Of a stretch of 64,000 nucleotides of DNA, positions 1-13,100 are shown one piece after another. The stretch spans positions 49,290,001 through 49,354,000 of the forward strand of contig NC_042998.1 of assembly GCF_006345805.1 (NCBI RefSeq), written 5' to 3'. Position 1 is the stretch's first letter; each line of letters opens with the position of its first letter. The translations under genes were made by a program, and so were the position numbers. The notes below the pieces were generated by a model. The model did no database searches. It worked only from the letters and a program-made list of their open reading frames with translations, and had not been told where the DNA came from. The stretch comes from Octopus sinensis. Taxonomy: Eukaryota.

Positions 1-517
1 CGAAAAAAAAAAAGTCAAAGGAAATTTAGTCACTTTGTTATAATTTCATATTCAAAGACTTTAGAAGGTGCTGTGATAAAAACAACACACTAAATACAAG
101 TAGCACCCAGTTTCAGATTTTTATGTTAAATAATTTCACTCCTCTAAGGTTAGCTTTCTCTTTTCGTCTTTAAGACCAACAAAATGAGTACAGGAATTGA
201 TTCAGTAAAACTAAATATATCTCTTATTACTTAGTGGCCTTATACCCATTTGAGGTCTAATAACAACTATTAATTTTTTATGTTTAAATATTATTAGGAA
301 TTGTATTACAGAAATTTTGAAATATTTTGTGTATTATAGAAGCATAAGCAATTTATTGCACATAAACTTTAACAAAATCTTATATAGGCCCCCAAGGGCC
401 TTATGGACTCCAGTTAAGAACCACAACAACATAAGAATTTTATTATTTTGTAACTTGATTAATCTACTAAATATTTGTTGGCCATAGAGTAAATCTAAAT
501 CACGATTACTCACTAAT

Positions 518-911
518 TCTTTTATCCTTTAACTGTTTGTCATTTGACTGCAGCCATGCTGGAGCACCATGTTGAAGGGTTTTAGTTGGAGAAATTGATC
601 CGCAAGGACTTTTTATTAAAAGCCTAGTACTTATTCTATTGGTCCCTTTTGTCGAACTGCTAAGTTACAGGGACTAAACACACCATCATTAGTTGTCAAG
701 TAGTGATGGGGTGGGGTGGGAGGAGGAGGACTAACACAGATGCTAACACACACACACACATGTACGATGGGCTTCTTTCAGTTTCTGTCTATCAAATCTA
801 TTCATAAAGCTTTGGTTGGCCTGGCATATATTAGAAAACACTTGCCACGCAGTGGGACTGAACCCATGTGATAGAGAAGCAAGCTTCTTACCACACAGCC
901 ATGCCTGCACC
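518..911 (-). mobile_element. tRNA-derived SINE family A (CORE-like domain, central microsatellite), full length
   Basis: A-box tggctgtgtggtaag and B-box gggttcagtccc on the minus strand; gcaagtgttttc; 3' end gtcaaatgac. Confidence 0.8.
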
Positions 912-1059
912 ACTAATTTCACTTTTATTGTTCCATTTCCACTAGTAATTTACCCCGGTTTGCCAACCCCTGCTTTGAGGCTTAAAAAGATGCTCGAAGA
1001 TACTAAAATATAAGACAGTAAAGAAAATGGAAAGTAAAATTATTTGATTAAATAATCAC

Positions 1060-1138
1060 CTGTGTTTGATAGTCATCACCAGTAACAATGTTACCAACAA
1101 CACGTAGAGCTGCCGAAACAACACACAAGTTGGAATTT
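1060..1138 (-). CDS. KPNA1: Importin-alpha exon: [26 protein letters not shown]
   Basis: Acceptor ttttctag, donor CAG|gtgatt; 79 nt; the next exon was not found within 1-1059. Confidence 0.92.
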
Positions 1139-4100
1139 CTAGAAAATTGAAGAAAAACTTGATCAATCAATCAATTCAACTTGGATAATTTTAATTAAAC
1201 AGATTTAAAGTTTAATAGCTTTGTATTTTATGTTCGATTACTAATTAAATAATTTAAATGAATATTTTAAATTCCATGTCTTGTTTGTTAATATTTTAGA
1301 ATTTTTATTACCGTAAAAACCCATGTAAAACAAAAATAAACTTTAGGAGGTGCATAAATTATATGAGTAGATCGTTTCCAGAATTTCTTTTTGTTGAAAA
1401 AAGATGTACAAATGTAAACATTCGTACCAGAAGCTGATTCATTTAATGTCAGAATAGGTTTTTACAGAAAAAATATAATGAAGTTGACTTTTATTTGTTT
1501 GACGGTATAATGCTTACTTTTTCTGTATAAATTTACTAAAACCATTAAATGGTTAACTACATTTTGAAGTTTGACGTTCATGCTGGTAATTATGGTCTGG
1601 GCCATATTTTACATTGCTTGGAATCCAGCCATTTCCTTAAATAGATCAGTTATTCTCTGCTTAAGAAGTCTAGCTTGGGTTTACCCCCGGAAGCTTTTGC
1701 TCACTTTCTCTGCGTTAGGACAATGAAATTCATCACCACCGACATCACCACTACCAGCTCTTACTGCATCTAAGGCCAATGACAACATCATAGTTCATCC
1801 TTGCGCATGTAAACTCACTAAGTGAATATGACTTAGCTTTCCTACAGAAACCTTAATTTACCTTATATAATGCTTAATGTCGTTTCACATTCATGTTGAA
1901 TTATGCAGCAGTCTTATGTTTTCTTCATATAACCCTTATATGTATTACCAGTTCTTTTGATATAGTAGATTTTTGCTATTCTTGTTTATGTCTCCTCACA
2001 AGTCGCTTCTTAAATTTCGCACCTCTCTCGTTCAATAAGTACTAATTAAACTTGCAATGTTGTTTATTTTATCCTTTTGATTTTTAATGTTTATTTTAGC
2101 GGGTTACCAAACTATCAGTTTGGTCTCCTGGGTAAAACAGTAATGACAAATTTTAAAGTTTGCTCGACATTTTATAAGTGTGAGCTTTTGATACTCAGTA
2201 TCAAAGGTTCTAACAAGAATAGGCAGAAAGTCAGAACTTGAGACAAGAAGACACTTTCAACCAATCAGAATTCTGTTTACATAATCAGTTTGATTGGTCA
2301 GTTGATGTTTATTGGTAATTAAACTTATTTTGCAACATTTGTGCATATTTATCAGCTTTTTGTTTTGTTGATAAGAATTATCAACAACTTTTCCTGTGAT
2401 TGTGATTTGAGAAGACATACAGCTTTCAATGTGATACCTGTTAAACAAAAATTATGCTAAATACAACTAAATTAAAAACCTTTTCCTCTGGCCATATCGG
2501 CAATTCTGAAAACTTTTAGATGCGAATTTTACATGAGTAGAAGCTTTTTTTAAAAAATAATCTTTATCCTGAAAATCATCTGTGTAAATTACACAGGTGC
2601 ACAAATTACATGGGTTTTTATAGTATAAGATGCAAAACAGAAGAGACCATTTAAAAATTTACCCACTGCATGATAATAAAGAAACTAAACTGAGCACTTA
2701 CACTAAAAGTTCAACCAGACGACGGCAAACACCAGCATCTATTACTGCATGTATCTTTTCATTTGGCCCATCAGACAAATAAGATAAGGCCCAACAAGCA
2801 TCTGCAAGGACATCTTTATCAGCATGGTATAATAAACGAGCCAACACAGGAAGAGCAGGAGAAACCTGAAAGAAATATTAAGAATAAGAAGATATTTTTG
2901 AAAGGCAAATTTATAAAAATGAAGCTTAACCCATTAGTATTCAGATCACTCTATTAAACATAATAATTATTTATTCATGTTGTTTTGAATTAATCATGCA
3001 TTATCTTGTGGCTTCAAGATTTCAGTTATGTAATTGTTTATTTTTGGAATTACTTTGTAGGGTAGATGTGAGGTGTTGGATCTGGCTGGTTTAAATGCTA
3101 AAGGTTTAGAATTTAAATGAAATATAGATTGCAATAAAATATTTTTCCTATGCAAATACAAGCTAATGTTATGGATGAATAAATTCAAATTTTAAATGGT
3201 GAATCAAAAGTCCCTTTAGCATCATTAAAAGCCAACTTAGGTCAGTTGAGGTTCTTAATTTTAAGCTTGCCTCTTCCATCTCTCTATCCTTCTCTCACAT
3301 TTCCCACCTAGCCACAAGCTTCACTCGCTCTTCCTTCATCAACTATTATAGAACAGTGACAACTTCTCTGCCATTTACACTGTCAGCAGCTTAGAGCTCT
3401 CTGGGTAGTTGAACTAACTATGCCCAAATACACTGCCATCTTTAAGACATTGAATATTCTTTTATATTTTGTTTACATTTTGCTAATGTGTGTGTGCATG
3501 TGAATAAATATATATATAGTAGGTGCAGGAGTGACTGTGTGGTAAGAAGTTTGCTTCCCAACCATATGTTTCTGGGTTCAAGTCCACTGTGTGGAACCTT
3601 GGACAAGTGTCCTCTACAATAGCTTTGGACTGACCACATATAGATATAAATGGGCTTCTTTGAATTACTGTCTACCAAATCCACTCACAAGGCTTTTATA
3701 GGTATGCTCAAATAACTTATTTAAAGCTTACATAGAACTGTTTTAACCTTAATCTAATGAATACTTTCTTTCTATCTTGACAGTTGCATGATTGTTTTAG
3801 GAATTGGTCTACTATGGTGTAGGTAATTTCAGACAGGATTATAGAGTAGCATTAAATTATAAAAAAACTTGCTATTCTATTATTTAATTATTATTTTTTT
3901 TGCAAAAATACATTTATATCTTTTACTTGTTTCAGTCATTAGACAGCAGCTATGTTGGGGCACTGCCTTGATGAATTTTTGGTTGAATGAAATGACCCCA
4001 GTACTCATATTTTTAAGCTTGGTACTAAGACATTTGCCCGAAGTAGTGGGACCAAACCCAGAACCATGTGGTTGGGAAGCAAGTTTCTTTCCACACAGCT

Positions 4101-7100
4101 ATGCCTGCATCTGATACAGCAGGTAATGTTACAGCTTGGTATAAACACGTTATTCATATTAGTTTTATTCTGAATTAAATTCAGTAATTCTCTCAATAAA
4201 TTACCAAACCAAATGTTGCAAACTGGAGTCCTTGTAAATATCAGGTTGTTGTAATCATCAAAATCAGATGGAGACTATAGCCAGTTCTCTCATTGAAGAT
4301 GCAAGAGATACAACACAAGAAAAAGTGTAATGTCTAACAGTACAGGAACAAGTGTGTGCGCATGCAAGTTAGCATTATTTACCAACTACAGAAAGTAATA
4401 GCTAATGAAATTAAGTTTCCATTTAAAAGTTACAAATAATTGTTTACCTTTGCAAAGTCAGGTGGAGGATTTTTCCCCCTGCACAAATTGGATAAGCACC
4501 ATACTGCATTTCTAGTCATAGATAAACTTGGAAGTTGGCTAAGCAACCTAAAGGGGGTGAAAAAATAATTAAGGCTATCAGTAAATCAAACAAATGCATG
4601 TAAATACAAAGTTTATTTTGATTAAATCAGAACTTCCTAAGTAAAGTATTTAACATTATTTAAATCAATTATCAATACATTAATGATATTAGTATCATAG
4701 AGCTTAATGAAACAACTTGAAGCTTTCTTAGTTAACCAATAGTGTTGCTACTTTCTTACTGCAACAGCGTCTCTATTTAGTTGTTCTGTTTGTCTTTTGC
4801 ATTTGAATTTCATTTTCCTTTCTTAATGTTTAAATAACGTCTTAATATTCATAAATTTTGATGATTTGCCATGCACACAACATTTATATGAGATTTCTTT
4901 ATCATCATAAAGGTACATTGCTGTCATACTATAGAACAATGACACTTAAGTTTGATTAAGGAATCACGAAGACAAATAAAAATCTTTCTAAGATCTCCTT
5001 TTGCAGGAATTCTGTTTATTTTTTGCATTCAGAAGTTCATTCTGTTATATTTATTGTCTCAATATTTTAATGTTCATAAATTCAGATAATTCACCCAGCA
5101 TTGCAACAGCCATAAGAAATTTCAATGCTATTTTAGTGTGCTGTCTACTGTAGTATCTATATAGTCTACAGTGTGAAATGACCTGATCTGGGTTAGGGTA
5201 AGGAACACTTTGAAATTACAGACTGAAAATTCAAAAGGCCAAGGTGTGTTAGTGCCTCCTTATGTCTACAAAGAAATGTTGTTCATAAACTTCTGCTGTG
5301 AATCATACCTGTATAGCATTTTGGGAATGATAAATATAGTTTTCTTATTTCCCTGTTATTTTGGCATTTTTAAAATTTACTTCCTATTCTTCTCATTATC
5401 AACTTTTATTAGGTAACTTTTTCGACAATAACTCCAACATTACCAACAGCTTGGGTCCTCTAGTACATATACAAAGTGAACTTGTATAAAAAGGGGTCAG
5501 CATTATTTTCAGATGAATTTTAGTTAATGTTTAAGAGAAAACTACAAGGTAATCCTGAATTTTGCAGCATTTTAGTTCAATTCGAAATTTTTACCTAATT
5601 CCTGCAACATGGTCATGTTATTTGGAAGAAAAAATTGTTATATCATGTTTTATTTTCTACTTTCAGACATTATATTGAAAATAAAATCAATAAGCTCACT
5701 GTAAAAGTGGTACCAATATGCCTTCATTCAAAACATAGTTTCGACATTCTGGACTATCTCCTGCAATGTTTCCTAAAGCCCACACAGCCTGAGAATGGAA
5801 GTTTAAAATAATATTTTAGAAAGTTAAAATATGAAATTAAAAGAGAAATCAATCAGAATATAAAAAAATTTAAAACTATTTGGATTAATATTTTAAGAAA
5901 TAAGTTCCAGTCTTTAAAAAGCATTAAACGTTTCAAATGGATTCAGAAGTTCTATTCTTTTGAGTGAATAAATAAATTTCTTTAACCCTTTCATTACTGT
6001 ATTTATCTTGAGATGCTCTGTGTTTCTTTCAATTATTTTAAATATAACAAAAAATTTAGTAAAATAACTCAATTATCATTAAGCTAGTGTTAGGAACATA
6101 AATTGTGAATAAAATTTGGTGGAAGATTTTAATTCAAAACTTATGAAAACAAGATAATTAGTACTCAGAGCCAGAGCCGGTTCCAGCTGGGTTGGTAATG
6201 AAAAGGTTAAAGTGACAAATGAAGTAAATTTGGCAAGACTGTGAAAATAACATACATATTAATTACATACAAACATAAACACATATGACATAAACATGAC
6301 AAAAAAAAAAAAGAGAGAAAAGACAAACAACTCACATGGCATTTATTTTTTTCTATTCAAATTTTAATATATGTACATTATTTTAAAACTTATTTTTTTC
6401 TAATGGAGTTGTAGCCCAATATTGCATAATATATTTTTTAATGGGTTTTGTGTTCAACAAAAAAATGCTTTAATTGAATTAATATAATGAAATAATAAAT
6501 GACCTGTTCCTGCACATCTTCTATTTCAGATTCCAAAAGTTTGATGAATATAGGAACTGCTCCAGCCTCAATTACTACTCTTGTTTGAATAGATGTACCA
6601 GAAGCAATATTAGTTAAAGCCCATGCAGCTTCAAACTGAAAGAAAACAACTTATGAAAATCAAGATAATGCAAATAAAAGATTTTAACAAATACTATTAT
6701 TTATTTACAGAGTCAATGACTATTGAAGAGGTTGCAAAGTGCAACAAACATTTTAGGAAAAATAAATGAGTGGAAATCGAACCGGGGAGTATGTTAAATA
6801 ATAAGGCACTAAAAGAAGATGACTCTCCCCCAGACACAATAAAATATGCTTCAACACACGAATTCACATAAAGAATCTTGCAAACTGAATACAAAAATGA
6901 AATTAATTAACTGCTTTATCAAAAACACACACAAAATACTGGTTGTGCTTCTCTTAGCTCCAGAATACTTTTTATAATTGGCACAAGAGGGTGCTGGCTT
7001 AGAATATAAACACACACACACACACACATAATTGACTGGAGTAAGTTCAGAGAACTTTGACCTATTTTGGTAACAAAAGGCCTCTCTCACAGAATGAAAG

Positions 7101-10100
7101 GCAATTTGCCTGTGTACAAATAGCAATGCAACATGGCTGTGAAACTTGGGCTGTGAATGCATAGAACTTGTGAAGACTTGAATGAATGAAATGAAACAAG
7201 TACGCTCTGATGGATGAGCAGTGCTTAAAAAACATTGGAGATAAAAGGCATCAAATGTAGTGCAATGGTGTGGTTATGTGATGTGGATGGATGAGGACAG
7301 CTGTATAAAGAAGTGCTAATCACTAAATGTGGAAGGAACATGTGGAAGAGGTAGATGTAAGAAAACATGGGACAAAGTGGTGAAGACATTGAGCCTCTCA
7401 AGAGGAGATGACAGAGGACCCAGATGAATGGTGTTATTCTGTACTCGAGAAGACCTATCCATCTCAGCAGAATCAAGGCTCTGTCAAGCCTTCCTCCACA
7501 ACTCATTTTCTATTTTCTTCACTTTCTACTACACTGAACTGATATTCTCATGTTGTGTCCAAACTCATTCCCTAACTACTTATCTGTCATGGTATTTTCA
7601 CATAGTGCACTTCCTGTTCAGTCTCATATTCACATTTTACCTGAACCTCACATCAGGTGGGCAAGTCAGGTATTTATCTCTTCAGCAAGACAGTCGATCC
7701 TCTCCCTCAATCACAGTCTCTTTCTCCAGTCTATATCATGCTCAGTTGAGAGGTCTTATCTTGTGGGTACTTGGTGACCACACCGATGCTGGTGCCAGGT
7801 AAAAAACACTCTTAAGTGGTTGGCATTAGGAAGGGCAACCATGCCAAAACAGACATAGAACCTAGTAGAGCCTTCTGACTTGCTATTCTTGTCAAACCAT
7901 CCAACCCATGCCAGTATGGAAAAAGATATATTAAAAGATGATGACGATAACACACACATATACTTTCAACTAGACATAGATACAAACACACAAATAATTG
8001 CTAAGTGGTGCAAAGTCCCCTCTCGACCTAGAATAACGTGGTGGTGGAACAATATTGTAGACAGGGCTATTAGAGAAAAGAGACAGGCTTGGAAGGTCTG
8101 GAAAAATGGGGGTAGCAGGGAATTGTATCAGACTGCCAAAAGAGAAGCTAGGAGACAGGTTTATTTAGCCAGAGGGGAAGCAGATAAGAAAAAATTTGCC
8201 AATGTTCTGCGCCGTGAGGACCAAAGACTGGAGGTGTTTCGTGTTGCAAGACAGTGTGTGAGAGAGAATCGTGATGTGGTAGGAGAGAAGTGTGTTCGCA
8301 TGGAAGATGGTTCACTTGCGCTAAATGAGGATGCAAAGAGAGAGGTTTGGAGATGCCACTATGAAAGGTTGCTGAATGAAGAAAATGAATGGGATAAAGA
8401 GAGTCTGCCGAATGTTGACCCAACAGAGGGACCAGCTATCCGAGTTGATAGTTCTGTGGTAGCTAAGGCAATTAGAAGCATGAAGACAGGGAAAGCCCCA
8501 GGCCCATCAGGAATCACTGCAGAGATGCTCAAAATGTCTGGTAGTGTCGGCTATAGCCTAGTCACCCATATAGTTAATCAGGTGATACACAAAGGGGTCA
8601 TACCCAATGACTGGTGTAGCAGTATAATAGTCAACTGCTACAAAGGTAAAGGTGATGCCCTAGATACAAATAACTACAGAGGTATCAAGCTGTTGGACCA
8701 GGTGATGAAGGTTACGGAGAGGGTCATAGCCCAACTAATTAGAGAGAGAGTTAGTTTAGATGAGATGCAGTTTGGGTTTGTGCCAGGGAAAAGTACTACT
8801 GATGCTATATTCCTGGTAAGGCAGCTGCAGGAGAAATACCTAGCCAAAGATAAGCCCCTGTACCTGGCTTTTGTTGACATGGAGAAAGCCTTCGACAGGG
8901 TCCCCCGATCCCTTATCTGGTGGGCAATGAGAAAACTAGGGATAGATGAATGGTTAGTGAGAGCTGTGCGGGCCATGTATAGGGACACCGCTAGTAGGGT
9001 GAGGGTTGGAAATGAGTACAGTGAAGAATTCCGGGTAGAGGTAGGGGTCCACCAAGGCTCAGTACTCAGCCCCCTCCTATTTATCTTAGTCCTCCAGGCA
9101 ATAACGGAGGAATTCAAGACAGGATGCCCTTGGGAGCTCCTCTATGCTGATGACCTTGCTCTAATTGCTGAGTCGCTATCAGAACTGGAGGAGAAGTTTC
9201 AGGTGTGGAAACAAGGATTAGAATCGAAGGGCCTCAGAGTCAATCTAGCTAAAACCAAAGTCGTAATCAGTAGGAAGGTAGACAAATCACAAACACCTTC
9301 AGGTAGATGGCCCTGCTCGATCTGTAGAAAAGGTGTAGGTAGAAACTCTATAAGATGCACCAAGTGTAAGCTATGGACACATAAGAGATGCAGCAATGTC
9401 AAAGGAAGGCTAACTAGGAAGATGGTTTTTGTATGTGGCAGATGCTCAGGAACAATAAACACTGAAAATGCTCTGAGACCAACTTCCGTCACTTTCCAGG
9501 GAGAAAAACTAGAAATAGTTGATAGTTTCCGTTACCTAGGTGACCAAGTCAGCAGCGGGGGCGGGTGTGCTGAAAGTGTAACTGCTAGAGTAAGAATAGC
9601 TTGGGCAAAGTTCAGAGAGCTCTTACCTCTGCTGGTGACAAAAGGCCTCTCGCACAGAGTGAAAGGCAGACTGTATGATGCGTGTGTACGAACAGCCATG
9701 CTACATGGCAGTGAAACATGGGCCGTGACTGCTGAGGATATGCGTAAGCTCGCTAGAAATGAAGCCAGTATGCTCCGATGGATGTGTAATGCCGGTACTC
9801 ACACTCGGCAGAGTGTAAGTACCTTGAGAGAAAAGCTGGACCTAAGAAGCATCAGTTGTGGTGTGCAAGAGAGACGTTTGCGCTGGTATGGTCATGTGGC
9901 GAGAATGGATGAAGATAGTTGTGTGAAAAAGTGCCACACCCTAGCGGTTGAGGGAACCTGTGGAAGAGGCAGACCCAGGAAAACCTGGGACGAGGTGGTG
10001 AAGCACGACCTTCGAACTTTAGGTCTCACTGAGGAAATGACTAGAGACCGAGACCTCTGGAAGTGTGCTGTGCGCGAGAAGACCCGGCAGGACAAGTGAG

Positions 10101-13100
10101 TCCACAACCCGTGGCCTTCTACATGGGATGGAGCCAGCCTACGTATGTATACCTTCCCTTCTTGGGACACAAAACTCTACTTGTGAAGACGTGTTGAGGC
10201 AAGTGAGGATCAGAATCGAAATCAATCAATGGAAATTGCGGATGTGCTACCAGTGCCGGTGGCATGTCGAAACTCTGCTTGTGAAGACCCATTGAGGCAA
10301 GTGAGGATCAGAATCGAAATCGATCAATGGAAATCGATCAATGGAAATTGCAGATGTGTTACCAGTGCCGGTGGCATGTAAGAGAACTTTCCGTTTCGCG
10401 ACCGTTGCCAGCACCGCCCCGTTTCGTGTCCGTTGCCAGCCTCGCCTGGCCCTCGTGCCGGTGGCACATAAAAAGCACCATCCGTTCGTGGCCGTTTGCC
10501 AGCTCTGTCTGGCACCAGTGCGGGTGGCACGTAAAAAGCACCCACTACACTCACGGAGTGGTTGGCGTTAGGAAGGGCATCCAGCCGTAGAAACACTGCC
10601 AGATTTGACTGGGCCTGATGAAGCCTTCTGGCTTCACAGACCCCAGTAGAACCGTCCAACCCATGCTAGCATGGAAACCGGACGCTAAATGATGATGATG
10701 ATGATGATGATAGCGAAGAATGATGAAGACAAACAAGGGAATTCAGGGAAAGGTGTGTATGAAATTAGACATATGTACTTACATTGCAAGTAAATAAAAT
10801 TAAGAATGAAATAGTTGATGAAAATTTCTATCAGTTAAAACTTTTCTTGAGGTTACAATCATACAACAAAGGTTCTAAAACTGACAAGGATTTCATTAAA
10901 TAAAATTATCATAAATCAACATTTCTAATCATCCTGAAAGTTGGTTCCTTTAGTTTGGTACCCAATGTTGTGAAGAGGTAATATAACTTGCACAAAGTAT
11001 ATGGCTGCCTATAAATTGATTTACATGCTTCTTTAATACATTTAAAATTAAATCTTTTGGTTAGTATAGTTTAATATTGCTTTCGGAATATAATTTTGCA
11101 GTAGTATATGTATGTTTAGAATAATCTGTGATGTAACTTTTGTATCATTGAAACAGTGACCAAAATTTTCAATAACAACAAAATGTAAAATCCCAAAAGC
11201 AAGCAATCTTTACCTGTAACGAACAGTTTCCGTCTCGTTGAAGAAATTCAACAAATTTTGGAACAACTCCAGTTAAAATAACTTCATCAATTGGTGGATT
11301 AGGTTCTAAAATTGAATAAAATTAAATAAATGCCGTCATATACAATCCATGTGTGTGTGCTTATGTATATATTGTTGTACATAAACAAATACATTTAGCT
11401 AAGTATATTTGCATCCCACCCACCAGACTGACCCTTACTTTTATGATTTTAGGGAACATGCTAACAGTTCTTAAAAGCTTAAATAATCTTATCTTGCTGC
11501 TGTTTATTTTATGTCCAGAGATGAAGTTATATTGTATAGTAACCAAAGCCAGCCTGATTTGATTCACTATAGCCTGCTTAAGCAAGGCTACGCTTCAGCA
11601 ATCATATATTCAAAAGCAGTTCAAAGTTTTAATATTCTGGATATGCTTTACTTGCTTTTGCTCTGAGACTCCAATGCACACTGTCAAGTAGTTATAACCT
11701 GTGTAGTATGAGGTGCAGCAGTTAGTTACAACATAGTACTATCATCAAGTTTTCTAATAATTAATCTTCCTAGCCGTGGCTGCAGAGGTGACAGCTCAGG
11801 TGGACTGGATAAGTGCACAACAGCATTGACTGTTTAGAAATTACAGACAATGTTTGGCAATGCACTCTGTAATTTGGACTTTAGTTGTGCACAAAGACTT
11901 TATTTGTTTGGACAGCATAAGTATTTTTAGAATCAAGTTAAAAGTATCCTGGTGGGAAGTTAAGATGTCTTAAAATGTAGGAAATAACATAAACATATGG
12001 GGTTGGCTTTACCAGAGTTCTAGTTGAATAAATACAATATTTTTCCCGCTTGCTACAGAACATCAGAAAACATTAACTAGACACAAGTATTGTACTAGTT
12101 GTCAGTTATCTATAGTGAATTAGAGAGAGAGAGAGAGCTGAAAGTAGTATCATGATGTTATCTCTTAAGATCATATACAAAGAGTGAGTAATAATCAGCC
12201 TTCTTTCCAGATATCCCATTCAGTTAATTGCTAGCGAGGATACATTTTTGTCACTTGGAGGACTTTCAGGCCAACCAGCATGTCTTTAAATATCTGTGAG
12301 CTTACTCGGCATTATCTGAAGATCTGAGAAGAATGCAATAAAGAGAGCAACATCACCAGCATATATGAATATTCTGAACGTAATATAACAGCTTAAAAGA
12401 ATGCCAGGTAAAAATACATTTACCACATAAAACACTCCAGATTTTTATAAAGATGGGTGTTTAGATATGAAATCATTTGGTTCCATATTTGATAATGATT
12501 AATGAACTGTACCAACTACATTTGACTGTAACTTGAATGTTTTAGTGTCATATGATAATGTAAATAGTTAATTTTCTTCCCTTATGCAGATAATATGAAA
12601 TATACTGAATGATACTGAATAGAACTTAAACAGCAAATACAAACTCAGATGTGTGTGTTTGAACTGTTTTGACATTGTATAGTGTTAAATAAAAGTAATA
12701 TCAAACAGTAAATAGACAAACTATTTAAATTAAGAACCATTAGACAAAACTGCTCAGTATCATTAAGTAGTGTAAGATTGTAAAGGAAAGTGGAATCACC
12801 TTTTGATAAGAGTTTTCGAAATTTCTGTGTTGCAGGTTCTTGTTCTTCTATATTGTCACTGTACAGAGCTTTTACCATTTCACTGGTAACACCACCCTAT
12901 ATCCATTAGAGAGAAAGTAGGAAAATTAACAAAACTGTAAAGTATATAAAAATTCTTTGTATCAAAACAAGTTAATTTTAACATTTTAGCATTTAAAATG
13001 GCCCACATATTGTGTTTTATGTTGAAACCTTCCAAATCAGGCCTCTCACACCTTCTCAACAATGTCATTCTAAAAATAAAATAACCACATCACTGAAATC

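Noticed and set aside
5096-5128. 33-nt in-frame pseudo-exon on the minus strand
   Set aside because: No pyrimidine tract and a weak donor (gtgaat).
5183-5222. 40-nt possible poison exon on the minus strand (ttttcag|...CAG|gtcatt) giving CAT CTG TAA
   Set aside because: Weak donor and no supporting context; such site pairs arise by chance in AT-rich introns.
7880-8005. N-terminal 42 aa of the 739-aa ORF
   Set aside because: Derived from an upstream RTE tail and flanking DNA; a chance in-frame extension of a 5'-truncated element.
10610-10660. CTGATGA followed by a stem, resembling a hammerhead core
   Set aside because: No GAAA after stem II, and other tail subfamilies have CTGGTGC at this position.
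11813-11892. Two-stem hairpin resembling an H/ACA snoRNA half
   Set aside because: No ACA box after the hairpin on the host strand and no convincing partner hairpin.
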